64,000 bases of DNA from Octopus sinensis (taxonomy: Eukaryota), in contig NC_043005.1 in NCBI RefSeq assembly GCF_006345805.1, forward strand, positions 62,062,001 to 62,126,000, given 5' to 3'. The position numbers and the translations under genes were made by a program. This document shows positions 1 to 13,059 of this stretch, in pieces; within the stretch, counting starts at the first letter, position 1, and each line of letters opens with the position of its first letter. Under the pieces are notes generated by a model, which saw only the letters and a list, made by a program, of their open reading frames with translations, was not told where the DNA came from and made no database searches.

Positions 1-393
1 GTATATGAGGCAGAGGTAACAGCCACAGGACCAAATGGACAATTGGGCTTGCAGAAGTATATGGGGGCAATGGAAAGCCTCTTCAGAACCTGCTTTAACA
101 ACCACAAGTCCTCTTGCAACATCCCAGAGAGACGTAATGCCAGAACTCTAGTCCAGCACATTTGGTCTTTGAAAGAAAGTGTCACAAAGTACAGCATAAA
201 GTGGAAGATCCTGGAAAAAATGCAAGCCATACTTCAATAGCAGCAGGAAGTGCAGGTTATGCATGGCTGAAAAGAGAGCAATATTAAAGTGTATCCAATG
301 CCTGGATGTTTACCTGAAAAGCAGGAGTGAGGCATTTAATCCCTGCCCATATGAAAGGAAGTACATCTTATTGTACCTGCATGCCCCACCATG
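1..393 (+). mobile_element. Penelope-like element, C-terminal GIY-YIG endonuclease remnant (one frameshift)
   Basis: Frame 1 VYEAEV...KYMGAMESLFRTCFNNHKSS...LVQHIWSLKE...YSIKWKILEK, +1 shift in the A-run near 214-220, then CKPYFNSSRKCRLCMAEKRAIL...LKSRSEAFNPC. This fits the PLE pattern YxG...RxxxH...W.I...CxLCxxEK... Confidence 0.85.
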
Positions 394-911
394 ACAGCAA
401 CAACAGATCCCTTTGACCTTCCACAAATGCCCTCAAATCCGGCAAAGAGTTTGACTAAAGCACACAATGCACCCATACACACGCACACCCCTATTAGGCA
501 GACACTGCGCACTATAGACTGTCTCCCATCACCCCCAGCATATACCCCTTTCACACACATTGTTCTCTCACACACTGAGATACCCCCCCCCATCACACGA
601 CCTTATCCCTTACAGAAAGAAAACAGACCAACGAACACTCCTATATATATACCCACAACCCCAGAAAAAATTATGCACATGACACCACATCCACATAAGA
701 GCACCACACTTAATAACACACACCTCCCTGACAAAATGCTTTAAGATAACTCTTAATGGCCTCACAGCATACCCAACCAAAGGGCACAACTCCTAACTTA
801 ATCCCCTGGCACATTTTCATATCACCACTCATTTTCACTGCAACAGCTGACTGGTTGTGTTAATCCACCTCTGATAATAAAGAGGAGTCACCATATTCCC
901 TTCCATATCAG

Positions 912-994
912 CTTACCCTGATGAGTGTAAGGTTATATAGTCAGATTGTTATCAAACACTCCATTGTATTCCTTGCATGAAACTGATTGGTAAG
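912..994 (+). ncRNA. Type I hammerhead-ribozyme-like motif downstream of the Penelope ORF
   Basis: Stem I cttacc(912-917)/ggtaag(989-994); CTGATGA 918-924; stem II gtgtaagg/ccttgcat (8 bp, 2 G-U); GAAA 979-982; degenerate stem III/cleavage triplet ctg-ATT. Confidence 0.65.
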
Positions 995-1034
995 ATCAGC
1001 TGTGATGGATATATAATACTATATATTTCAGATA

Positions 1035-1372
1035 AGGCACAGGAGTGGCTGTGTGGTAAGTAGCTTGCTTAACAACCACATTGTTCCAGGTTCAGTCCCA
1101 CTGCGTGGCACCTTGGGCAAGTGTCTATAGCTTCAGGCCAACCAAAGCCTTGTGAGTGGATTTGGTTGTTGGAAACTGAAAGATGCCTATCAACATCACT
1201 CGACAACCAATGCTGGTGTGTTTACAACCTCGTAACTTAGCAGTTCAGCAAAATAGACCGATAGAATAAGTACTAGGCTTAGAAAGAATAAGTCCTGGTG
1301 TTGAGATGCTTGACTAAAGGTGGTGCTCCAGCATGGCTGCAGTCAAATGACTGAAATAAATAAAAGAATAAA
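1035..1372 (+). mobile_element. tRNA-derived SINE (major family, family A)
   Basis: Head ggcacaggagtggctgtgtggtaag...ggttcagtccc (A/B-box-like), body ccttgggcaagtg, end gactgaaataaataaaag; homologous to copies at 20571 and 40609. Confidence 0.85.
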
Positions 1373-3971
1373 ATATATATATATATTTTCACCATCCTCA
1401 TAACTATTTTAAGTTATAATTTTAATGCTTGCATGAATCAGATGAATTTGTCGAGGCAGATTTTCTGTGGTCAGGTATGCTTCTTGGCTGCCAACCATCA
1501 ATTGTTTCCAAGTAAGGTTTTATTTCTCATAGTCATTTGAACAAGGAAAAACTGAATGATCATCAAGGTTTTGTGACTTATTGTAAGCACTGTTTTATGA
1601 ATGTTTATTTCTATCTGTCAGCATGCAGATGTCAAGGCAAGAGAATGATGCATTCATATACATACACATACAGACATGAATGCATGCACACACACACGAA
1701 CTTCCTACAGTTTCTGTCTACCATTTCCACTCACATGATTTCAGTGAATCTAAGTCTATGTTTGAAAGAAACATGTAAAAATAAAGAAGTGAATGATGTT
1801 AAGTGCTGTTTCATTGTTATGAATTTACAAGGAACACTACTGTTCCAGGAAAAGAAATCAAGTTATGTTGACGAGTACTGTTCATTGTAGAAAATTGTGT
1901 GTTCTGAGAGAAGCTAAAAACATATTTGTGGAAGTGGTGATTACTTAAGCGTTAGAGTGAGAGTTCTTTTTACAGTCCAGTATTTTGACAGTCTTAATTA
2001 TGGTTACTGACAAGATAGAGAATTTCCTTGCTGCCATGCTTTGTTGCTCATGATGTCAAGCTCCTGACACACCACCTGCCAGTCAAATTCTCTACTTTAT
2101 CTTTGGATTTAGTCTCTGTTCTTATCCCATATCTGTAGTGACATCATCACTCAAAAATCCAGGTTATGTTTCTTACAATTTGACTGACAGGATTTTTGCT
2201 GATGTCATCACACAGTTTGAAAGATCCTGTTCATTGTTTACACATGCTATATATCCAAGGAAAACTGTCAATCTTAAAATTGAGGCAGAGATCTGCTACA
2301 CACATTAATTTGCTATGCGATGGAATCTGACCCAGAGTATCTTGATTGTAAATGATTATCTTAATCATGTGACAGTGCCTGTCTGTCCATATGTACATGA
2401 AATATACTAACATGTAGGGTTAAGATGATGATGAATTATAATAATAACCTTAAATTTTATTTATTTTAATGGTATTCTTTAATAATTTTCGTTTTTAAAT
2501 TATTTTTTAAAAATATAACATTGATAACTTTTTGATGCCTTTTCATAACATTGAATGTTTTAAACATTGTCACTTTTTTAAATACTTGTCTTTTTTTTTA
2601 AGCATTCCAACCATGACGATCTTGGAAAATATTAAAAAAATATTTGTTTAGTGCTATCTCACAAAACTAAACATTATTAAAAACAAGATGGGGGGAGTGG
2701 TGACCTTTCATGGGAGTGATAAAGAACACCCCCACCTGCCTACCACCACCAAAAAAAAAAGATCCAATCAAGATGCTGAGTCTATTTTTTGTATATTTAT
2801 TATGAGTCCCAGTTATACTTACCTGAAGCCAAAAACCACTACATGTGTAGAGCAATTAACAAACTTATTTTCTATTTCCATTTTTTTTTTATTTTGCAAA
2901 GCTTGAATTAAACACCAACATATCCATGAAGTGAGTCAAAAAGACTCAAAAATTGATCATGATTCACAGCTTCAATTCATCAATGTTGCTTGTTAACTAT
3001 CCGACATTCACAAGCAGCCAGTGCGTAATTTACAATTTAAAAGTTTCAGTTACTTTCTGTTTTTATTGAAAACGAATTGCGTTTCAAAGTTGTCAGCCCA
3101 AATGTATCATTCTTGTCATATTACTTGTTACAGTGCTGACTTACTAAACTTGTCATTTCTTCAAGTCATTACACAATCAATATTTAATTTACTCTGAGAA
3201 GAAATATTCTTGGAGAATTACCCAAGTGCTGTTATTGCATTCTGTAGTTATATTACGTGACAAAATTATTTTCAACCAAGATGAAAATACATAACAAAAT
3301 ATTGTTATATAAATTATAGCAGTTTTAAATAAAAGGAAGGTCAAGGAAAAAATGTGCTGTATTTTTTCTCCTCTTTTACATATCCTTTTAATCTTCATCA
3401 GTCAAAGCCAGAATTTATTTGAATGATTAAAAATTCAAGACACATTTTGCTATTACTAAAATAGATATTTCTTGTAATATTTAGAAAAGGAAATTGTACA
3501 GAGATGAACATGCATTAAAACAAAATAAAAGCAAAAAAAAAAAGAAATGAAAAAATCATATGAAATGTGTACCTCCCCGGATTTGTTTCCTCATAACTTC
3601 CATAAAAATAGATATTTTTTAATGAAATTTTCTATGATTGTGTTTCAAATGGTGTAGATTCCAATTATATTGGAATATGTTGAGAAAAGGGTTTTCCAAG
3701 AGTGGAGAGAGGAGTTTCTGAAAATTCACACTAGCTGGCTTTGTTTCCTAATAACTATCAGAAAAGTGGATATTTTTTAACGAAATTTTCTATAAATACC
3801 TTTCAGTTGTTGTATATTATGATTATATTGGAATTTGATATGGTAAAAAAAAAATTGGTGGGCTTCCACACACATAATGGCACATATCATAAAATGAAAC
3901 TTGAGATTCTGAAAAAAAATTGTGATGCATGTTAGTATGTATGTGAGCCAACCATTTTTTCCCCTTTCATA

Positions 3972-4223
3972 TCAGATTCTGATATAATCATAATCTACAC
4001 CAATGGTTCCCAGAGTGGGTGGTAGTTCCCCAGCTGGTTTTCTCAGCTCCCTGACTATATCCCTGATCACCGCTATTGGGGTGGAGATGAGTGTCTGCAA
4101 GTGTGAGTCAGAATGGCTGTTCCAATGTATCTTCCTTGCCATCCTCTGGGGCAACACCTTCTCCATTTTGTCTGCTGGGATCATGTGGAAGTCTAACTTA
4201 CAGGAAATAGTGCTTTCCACTTC
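3972..4223 (-). other. Unassigned GC-richer island with a stop-free minus frame after an AG acceptor (possible orphan terminal exon or decayed retroelement)
   Basis: ttactttaAG then an 83-codon open frame ending ...LPPTLGTIGVDYDYIRI*; no family recognised. Confidence 0.2.
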
Positions 4224-4561
4224 TTAAAGTAAAGTTACTTGATATATATATATTTATGTATATATCTTTCTATTTAATTGATTACAAAAAGTCAAATTGT
4301 CAAAGAATTGAAAGCAGGAAAAAATACTGAAAGAAAAAAGTATAATTCAAGGATATCCTCAAAACCAACCTCTCCCAAAACAAATAATTTTGCCATCTGC
4401 CAAACGAAATCCATGATACACATAGCCTCATTTATCACTGATTCATTTGTCGTTGATCTGGAATAACACAGTACGCTAATTGTGGACTATGTTACACTTA
4501 TCACGGATTGATCTGTGATAACATGGATTGACAATTCGTTGAAGATTCTGATTATAATTAT

Positions 4562-4800
4562 CATCATCATCATCATCATTTAGCATCTGTTTTCCATGCT
4601 GGCATGGATTGGATGGTTTGACTGGGGCTGGTAAGGCCAGGAGGATGCATCAGGCTTCATTGTCTGCTCTGGCAGAGTTTCTATGGCTAGTTGTCCTTCC
4701 TAATGCCAACTACTTCAGAGTGTACTGGGTGCATTTTACGTGGCACCAGCATGATTGTACAGCAAAGATGCATCCCAGTGACCACCCACATTGCTCAGCT
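4562..4800 (-). mobile_element. RTE-type 3' tail fragment with (GAT)n end
   Basis: (atc)n-atttagcatctgttttccatgctggcatgg... is the same terminus as the RTE copies at 15751 and 31581. Confidence 0.75.
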
Positions 4801-5679
4801 ACCCAGAATGCACTGGCTATTGCTTGTGTTTACATGACCATGCTGCAAGACCATCTTTTCATATCTATCAACATGGGATCAGCAAAAAGAAAACAAATTT
4901 GATGGTACATGATCCTAGCAAACGGCACAAATAAGTATATTTTCTATAGGATAGAGATGATCGAGAAAATATGGAAGTTTTGTTGCTACACTAAGTGTAG
5001 CACAAAATTCAGAAGTTTGCGACATTTAATCTGTTAACTTGCGTCTAACATGAATGTGATTTTTGTAAATAGTATGCACAACATTGTCACTGGAGAATAT
5101 TTGATGGAAATTGGATACTGCATAGGAAAGTCTAAAACCTCTGAAACATATTAATGAAAGAAAATAAAAATGTTATGTAACATAGAAATATAATAAAAAT
5201 CTAATGAAAATTTCCACAATGAATGAAAGAAAACAAGAGATGGCAAGGGAATTTTGCTATCAATCCAGCAGATAATGGAAGAGATTGTAATTTTTAGACC
5301 TGCAATACATAATTAAAATCAATTATTCGTAAATCCTTAATTGTAGATACTAGGGAAATTACTTCAAAATCAAGTTCAAATTGTTTTGGGGTATTGTCAC
5401 ACTTCAAATGTAATTACATTCACGGTATAGCAGTTTAAAGTCACATTGAATTTACACATACTTTTAAAGTCATTTTTAAAATAATTATTCATTGCATGTG
5501 TAGGACTAAAAATATATAATTTAGCATTATCTTCGTTTCATCTTAATGAGGTTGATCTAATGAGCACTGGGTGCAAATTAACAGCCTTGAAGAACAGCTC
5601 TTTCAGCAGAAAGAACTGGAGAGAACTATCTTAGATATGACCAAATTGGATAGATTTTCTTTGACACTTACTATTACAG

Positions 5680-5758
5680 GTACACCACCAATTTTCTGGC
5701 AACTGATGGTTTGGCACCTCCTTTAACCAGGATTAATTTTGAGGGGGATAGATTTCAG
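5680..5758 (+). other. Candidate orphan internal exon
   Basis: tattacAG, 79 nt phase 2/0 encoding (R)YTTNFLATDGLAPPLTRINFEGDRFQ, donor GTtggt; no partner exon or homologue identified. Confidence 0.25.
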
Positions 5759-5904
5759 GTTGGTGTTGTGTGTTCTGTGTGTTTACATGCATTATTTACA
5801 CTGCATATATAAGTGGCAATGCTGCTTATTTAAGCTTAAAGTTACCGTTAGCTAGAGCTACTAATATATGAGAACTGAGGGCATTAGGGGTACTGTCAAA
5901 TGCA

Positions 5905-6245
5905 AATACCAATCCTTATGGTTAGAACATTGAGTTCACAGTCATAAGGAAGTGAGCTTGATTCTCAGACTGGGCTGTGTGTTGTGTTTTTGAACAAGAC
6001 ACTTTATTTCATGTTGCTCCAGTTCACTCAGCTGTAGAAATGAGTTGCAACATCACTGATGCGAAGCTGTATCAGCCTTTGCCTTTCCCTTGGACAACAT
6101 CGATGGCGTGCAGATGGGAGGCTGCATGGATGACTGCTGGTTTTCTTTAAAAACACCTTGCCTGAACTTGTGCTTTGGAGGGGAACTTTCTAGGTGCAAT
6201 TCCATGGTCATGCATGACTGAAGGGGGTGGGGGGTCTTTACCCTT
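5905..6245 (+). mobile_element. Degenerate tRNA-derived SINE (second family)
   Basis: tggttaga...cttgattctc head, then gaacaagacactttatttcatgttgctccagttcactcagctgtagaaatgagt body. Confidence 0.6.
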
Positions 6246-7074
6246 TATTCAACCAAGATAAATTAGAACTATTCTATTAAATTTGAAGAAATTTTGTTAA
6301 GATAGAATAAGATAGAACGTTTAAAGAGATATCCAAGCAGAATGTGACCCCTATAGCTTCAGCTTCAATCACTGCTGAAGTCCCTCTTGCAATATCTGAT
6401 ATACAAGCTGAAAGGATTAACTACAAAACAGACAGCTTCATCAACTTCCAGGCCTTAGTGATTTAATCATTAAAAATTCTAAAATTTATCACCTTGGGAA
6501 TAATAATGTTGCAGCTTTGTAAGTATAGGAGTTAAATGAACTAATTTAATGCATAACTACCTTTATATCATTCATCAAATTCATATTTAATGTCCTGTTT
6601 TTGTACAATTCATGTTTTTAGCAGTTCATGGTTCTTTAGATGCATTAAATGTGTATAATTTGAAGTTGAGAGGTTTGTGAATGAATTGTTATTATCCTGT
6701 GATAATGGATGGTCTGGCAAAATGGTTAATTCATCAAAATTTTGGAATCAGCATACTGGAAAATTGGTAGTGTACCTGTACTTGAGTGTTAAAATCACAA
6801 CATTGCATTATTTGTATTTGTGATCAAAAGAATCAAATACTATCACAATTTTAATGATAGCAATGTAGATAATATCTACAATGTTGTTATTGTTGGTTTG
6901 TTTTGTTCAAGTGTCTAGACAAAAGAGTATTTGAGTAATTGTATAGTGATTAAGCAGAAAGCCATGTTACTTAGCTGATAAATGTTTGTTTTGAATTAAA
7001 TGATTAGGAATATTTTATCTTTCTTAAAATGGATTCAAATTGGTTTGTTACATGTATTTAATAAACTGATTGGT

Positions 7075-7430
7075 CTATTATATTTCACTTGTTTTAGTCA
7101 TTAGACTGTGGCCATGCTGGGGCACCCACCTTGAAGAATTTTTAGCCTGGTACTTATTCTATTGGTCTCTGTTGCTGAACTGCTAAGTTACAGTGATGTA
7201 AACACACCATCACTGGTTGTCACGTACTGGTAGTGGGGGGACAAACATGGACACAGAACTAAACATATATATACATATATACAAGGGGCTTCTTTCAGTT
7301 TCCATCTCACGAGGCTTTGGTTGGCCCAAGGCTATAGTAGAAGATAGATACCCAAGGTGCCACACAGTGGGACTGAACCCCGAATCATGTGGCTGGGAAG
7401 CAAACTTCTTACTACACAGCCACATCTGTA
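7075..7430 (-). mobile_element. SINE family A
   Basis: Reverse complement of the 1035-1372 sequence (gtgggactgaaccc, ctacacagccac, cagtcattagactgtggccatgctgg). Confidence 0.8.
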
Positions 7431-8374
7431 CTTAGTTCAATTTCTCTTTTTATGTACTGAGACTAATCTTGCCAACCTTCCACACTGATGGAAATCTACA
7501 AAATACTAAAGGAAAAAGAATATAGGCTATGCAACTTTGTGAATTGTAAGATACCATCTGAACCAAAAATTTTGAACATAGTGATTTAAAATAAAAGGGT
7601 AATTTAGTCCCTGAAGGGTATATTTTTGTATTCAAATTTAAGTCAATACATGTATCCATAATAAACATAGAAGAGAATTCATCATCATCATCATCACTAA
7701 ATAGAATTGTTTTATTAGAATGATTTAAAATACTAGATTTTGTATCATTGGTGATATTTTGAACCTTGTACATATAATAAAGCTCACAAAAGAAACTTTA
7801 TGCCAACCGAAAGGGAAAGGAAGGCATTTGTTGTTACTGTTGTGTACGTCTATGTATTTACAGAATGTATGTCTGAGAGAAAGAGAGTGAGAGACAGAAA
7901 GAAAGATGGAGAAAAAGAAAGGCTTCTCTCAAACACACACACACACACACACACTGGTTGTAAGGTTTGCATGGCATAACTAGTTTGGTGCCCCTCCTTT
8001 ACTTTCCTTTTGTTTCCTCATAACTTCCTGGAAATCACGATTATATTCATATAAATATCATTCTTCTTATGATCATTTTATGATCATTTTTATGATCATT
8101 TTTTTCTCCAACCTGATTTTTATTTCTTCATAAAATGCATATTTTTAAATGGCATTTTGCAAAACTGCAAAATGACAATAATTTTTCATTGAAATTAACA
8201 ACAAATAAGTTTACTGCGTGAAAACATATTTGCTTCCCAACAACATACTTTCATGTTCAGTTCTACTGTGTGGTACCTAGGGCAAGTGTCTTCTACTGTA
8301 GCCCTGGGCCAACCAAAGCCTTGGGACTGGATGTGGTAGACAGAAACTGAAAGAAGCCTGTTGTGTATATATAC

Positions 8375-8404
<30 letters not shown>

Positions 8405-8406
<2 letters not shown>

Positions 8407-9403
8407 TATCATTTAACATCCATTGTCCATGCTGGCATTGGTTGAACAGTTGGACCAGGGCTGGCAAACGGGAAGGCTGCACCAGACTCCAGTCTGATTT
8501 GGCATGATTTTTATCACTTGATGTCCTTCCTAATGCCAATGACTCTGAGAGTGTAATGGGTGTCATTTGCATGACACCAGTATCTGCTATGATTGCATAG
8601 CTGTTCACATGCAGGCATCATACAATCTGCCTGTCATTTTGAGGGAGAGGCCTTTGTTTCCAGCAGAAGTAGGAGCTCTCTCAACTTTGCCCACCCTAAT
8701 CTTATTCTAACAGCTATGCTCTTGCAGCATCCACCTCTGCTACAAACTTGATCATCTAGATAAGGAAAGATATCTACTACCTCTAGCTTACCCCATTGGC
8801 AGTTGATGGAGTCTATTTTCTGTACATTTTTTATGTTTATTTTACCTAAAAGCTATTTTTCCTGTTAACCTTCATCTGATATTGCTGCACTTCTTATGTC
8901 TCCATAGCTTACACTGGGTACATTTTATGGAGTTTCTACCTATGCCTTTTCTACAGATGGAGCAGGGCCATCTACCTGAAGGGGTTTGTGGTTTGTCTGC
9001 CTTCCTACTTATTAGGACTTTGGTTTTAGCTAGGTTGACTCTAAGGCCCTTCAATTCTAATCCTTGTTTCCACACCTGAAACTTCTCTAGTTCTGATAGT
9101 GACTCAGCAATTAGAACAAGTTCATCAGCATAGAGGAGCTCCCAGGGGCATCCTGTCTTAAATTCCTCTGTCATTGCCTGGAGAACTGTGATGAACAAGA
9201 GAGGGCTGAGGACTGATCCTTGGTGAACACTTACTTGTACCCTGAATTCTTCACTGTACTTGTTGCCAACCCTCACCTTACTGGTAGCGTTTCTGTACAT
9301 GGCTTGTACAGCTTGCTCCAACCACTTGTCTGTCCCTAGTTTCTGCATTGACCACCAGATAAGGGATTAGGGGACCTGTCAAAGGCTTTCTCCAAGTCAA
9401 CAA
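8405..9403 (-). mobile_element. 5'-truncated, internally deleted RTE LINE (RT, PHD-like finger, tail)
   Basis: ORF 8872-9348 contains VHQGSVLSPLLF, LLYADEL and WPCSICRK...CTQCKLWRHKKC; the (GAT)-type tail starts near 8405. Confidence 0.85.
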
Positions 9404-9879
9404 TATATATATATGATTGAATTAAAAATTATAATTATAAATAAAAATATTTTGAAATGAAAGTTTGCCAAATAATTGAATTTGTGAAAATTACATTTTT
9501 TAGCAAAATTGTAATCACCAATTTATATATAAAGAAAAATGTAAATCAGAAAATTGTTTTATAAATTCAAAAATTAACAAGTCATGGTAAAGTGGGGAAG
9601 GGATAAAAAACATGAAAAAATTTGAAATTTTTCCAAGAATCATAGTGTGGGATACTCAAAAGCATAAAAGTCAATAATAAAAAGAAAAAAATTTAAAGAT
9701 TGAAAAATTGCAAAAAAATTTGAGAAATATCTAATCTATGATGTTTAAAATAAACACCAAATGAAATAACAGATTTGGGTCGTCTAGATAAATTCCAATT
9801 CTATAGGAATATTGAAAGTCTGATTATTTTATGAAATAAACTAAAGATAAAATGGATATTTGTTTATCATGAAGAAAAA

Positions 9880-10042
9880 AAAGGGACTCCTTTCAGTTCA
9901 TGTCTACCAAATTTACTTACAAGGCTTTGGGCAGCTGAAGGCTATAAGTAAAAGTCACTTGCTCAAGATGCCATGCAGGGGGATGAACCTAGAACCATGG
10001 GGTTGAGAAGCAAACTTCTTACCATGCTACCACATCTGTACA
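9880..10042 (-). mobile_element. SINE family A fragment
   Basis: ctcctttcagttcatgtctaccaaatttacttacaaggctttgg...gcaaacttcttaccatgctaccac. Confidence 0.65.
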
Positions 10043-10384
10043 TTAAAAGTGATATTCAGATAGAATCAGTAGTACTATATGCAAGAAGTCTTTGAATCAC
10101 AGCTACAATCCATCTGAAACGAAACTTGGCCTGACCTGAAGAAACATTGAGAAACGCTTGCTTAAAGTTGTTGTTTAGCTTCATGTTGTTCCTGATCCTG
10201 CAGGCCTGTCATCAAAAGCATTACATCTGTGACCATTCTGTCTTTGTGCAGCTGTCTAGGGACTATGTTATTATGTATTCTTTTGTTTTATGATCAGAAA
10301 ATAAAAGGGAAAATATTGACACTATTCAGCAAAATCCAGATGAATGTGTTGAATAGGCTCCCTTTTTCATTTCCCATACTTAAA

Positions 10385-10795
10385 GTGAAGTTGTTGAAGA
10401 GGGAAACCTAGGAAGACATGGGACAAAATATTGAAGGACAATCTCAAAACATTGAGCCTTATGAAGGAGATGACTGAGAACCGAGATATGTGGTACATTG
10501 CTATACTCAAGAAGACCTGTCCACCACAACAGAATTGAGACCCTAAAACCAAGGTGTCATGTAAAAAACACTGGTACTGGTGCCATGCAAAAAGCATTGG
10601 TGATGATGCCACATAAAAAGCACCCTGTAAACTCTGTAAAGTGGTTGGTGTTAGGTAGGACATCCAGCTGTAGGAACCAAATCAAAACAGACTATGGAAC
10701 CTGGTTCAGCCCTTGGCCTTGCCAGTTCCTATCAAGCCGTCCAACCCATGTCAGCATGAAAAATGAATTTTGAATATTGATGATGGTGATGATAC
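10385..10795 (+). mobile_element. Old RTE LINE 3' end
   Basis: Translates RGKPRKTWDKILKDNLKTLSLMKEMTENRDMW (RTE ORF C-terminus), followed by the catccagc...aacccatg...gatgat tail. Confidence 0.75.
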
Positions 10796-11129
10796 TTTAA
10801 GAAACAGCTATTCCTGACCTCTACCTTTCAATCTGATGTAAAAAGTGTGGGTTTATTTTTTTTACTAATTCTTAAAAGAATTTTTTCTACATAAGCTTAG
10901 AGCTCAGATAAGTACTGTTCTGAATTTTGTCATTTGTACTTATTCTTTAATTAATAAATTTCTGCCTGTCCAAATGTAAGACATCAATATTTTCAATTTC
11001 AACTGTGGGCTGTCCCTAATATAAAGAGCTAAACAAAGAAGAAATAATGTAATTTCAGTCCTTTGTGAGTGCTGCGTGTGGAAATAGTTTTGGTTTTCTT
11101 TTGTTGTCAAGCAGTAGAGGTGGGAGACA

Positions 11130-11330
11130 AACACTTCCTCACACATACACTCACACACATATATACATACACACACACACACACATGATGGTCTTCCACA
11201 CAGTGTCTGTCTACCAAATTTACTCTCACAAGTCATTGGTTTGCCCAGGGCTATAGTAGAAGACATTTTCCGAAGGTGCTGCATAGTGGGACTGAAACCA
11301 AAATTATATTGTTGCAAAGTGAATTTCTCA
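11130..11330 (-). mobile_element. SINE family A fragment
   Basis: cagtgtctgtctaccaaatttactctcacaag...ctatagtagaagac...gtgggactgaaacc. Confidence 0.65.
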
Positions 11331-12310
11331 AACACTAAGACTTGTCTGCAGGTTATGTCTGCAAAAATAAATAATGGGATAGTCATTGGTTGCAAGAATT
11401 TGATTATAAGTCTGCTCAATCAGTGTTAGCCCAGGACTAAACAGCAACAACTGCCACAGCTAAGAGCTGGTATGACTCAGCCCTTATGAAGATATGTGCT
11501 TTGGTCATGGACATATAACATAACCATTAGGGTGTGATTTATCAAATTGTAGTTTGCTGTCTGAAATACTACTGATTAGGCTTCCATTCCTTCAGTAAAA
11601 TACACTTTATTCTGTCATCTTGGTGAAATTCCAGCTTTCTGCTATATGAAATATATATTGAATGAAACAGAATGTGATGTAGTTGCGTGTGTGTGTATAT
11701 ATTACTCTACAGTATATATAACATGAATTATTCTAATGTTCTTAACTCTTCTGAGGTCAAAAGTAAGTAAATATATAAAAAAATTAAATGTCATTTTTAT
11801 AATGATATATGCTTCTTTCTAAATTTGTATGTTATATCAAAATAAATAACATTTACTTTGTAATACATATGTTTAAGCTTAGTACATATTTAATCAATAA
11901 GAAACAGTGATTTTATCTTGATATCATTCAGGTGAGGAAAAAAAATATAACAAAAAACAAAAAAATCTGTATTTAAATTAACAGTTATGATGGAAAAAAT
12001 ATAATCAGCTAAAAAGATATTAAAATGCTATATTAAACATTCACACATACACACACAAAAAAAAATGTAACATAAGATGAACAAAGAAGATGGATGTATT
12101 TAGTATCATACATATTATATTCATAGCGCCTATACAATAAGTGAAGGAAAAAGGTGAAAAGAAGATTTGTAATGTATATTCAATCAAGTAAAGTAAAAGG
12201 TAATGGCCTAGAGTTTGTAGTGTTTAATAAATCAAGATTTTAAGTTATCTAAATATAAACAGGTAGGTTACGTAGACAAATTGCAGCAGAAAATAATATA
12301 AATATCAAAT

Positions 12311-12349
<39 letters not shown>

Positions 12350-12461
12350 ACACATGTATGTATGTTGCATATATGTATGTATATGTATATATGAAAAAAA
12401 TTAACAGAATGAGATAAAAATCCAAGGCTGTAAAAGATTTCAGAACATTTATAAATAGAAG

Positions 12462-12509
12462 GTCTTACAGCTGTTTCCAGGATATTTTATATATCCTTTC
12501 ATCCAAGAT
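12462..12509 (-). ncRNA. Minimal hammerhead-like motif (core mutated to TGGATGA)
   Basis: atct-TGGATGA-aaggatat(ataaa)atatcctg-GAAAC-agct-GTA-agac. Confidence 0.5.
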
Positions 12510-13059
12510 GGTGTGCGAAAATGGTCGAGAAATAGTTATTCTAGATAAGATAGGAAATATAGAGTGAAGTGGAGGAATGAAAATAGATGTGAGATATGGA
12601 GGGATATTGTATCTGTAGTTCCATTATTTAGGCAGAACGGTATATATATATAAGATTCCTGTTCCTTGTGAGTAAGTTCCAATAGTATTTAAAATTGGTC
12701 ATTCCAAGCACAGAGTTTGTAAACACTGTTATTGAATCGAGGGTTTTTTTTTAAAAGTCATATATATATATATATTATTATTTATATTATTATATGTTCG
12801 AATGCCACACATACTTTTCCAAGTAAGTGTTTTATATATATAGAGGGTATGAGAAGTACTGGTGTCAAGAAGACCCAAAGGTGTCAGGTAATGCTGAGTA
12901 AGTGCTATGGACAGACTACAGTTAAGCTACAGGTTTGGTGGTTATGCGAAAGAGGAGTCCAACATAGGTCATATATTAGCATGCATATATATAAAAAATT
13001 AGCAGAATGAGATAAAAATCCAAAGTTGTGAAAAATTTCAGAACATTTATAAAGAGAAG

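Noticed and set aside
391-744. 117-aa Pro/Thr/His-rich ORF after the Penelope ORF
   Set aside because: Low-complexity C/A-rich strand bias; no domain or splice support.
1035-1100. tRNA-like A/B boxes here and at 20571, 40609, 46216 and 56915
   Set aside because: SINE heads continuing into SINE bodies, with no complete cloverleaf.
1533-1582. 50-nt AG...GTAAGC segment encoding HLNKEKLNDHQGFVTY
   Set aside because: Its acceptor lies in a degenerate dispersed repeat (related sequence near 55000-55150) and no partner exon or homology was found.
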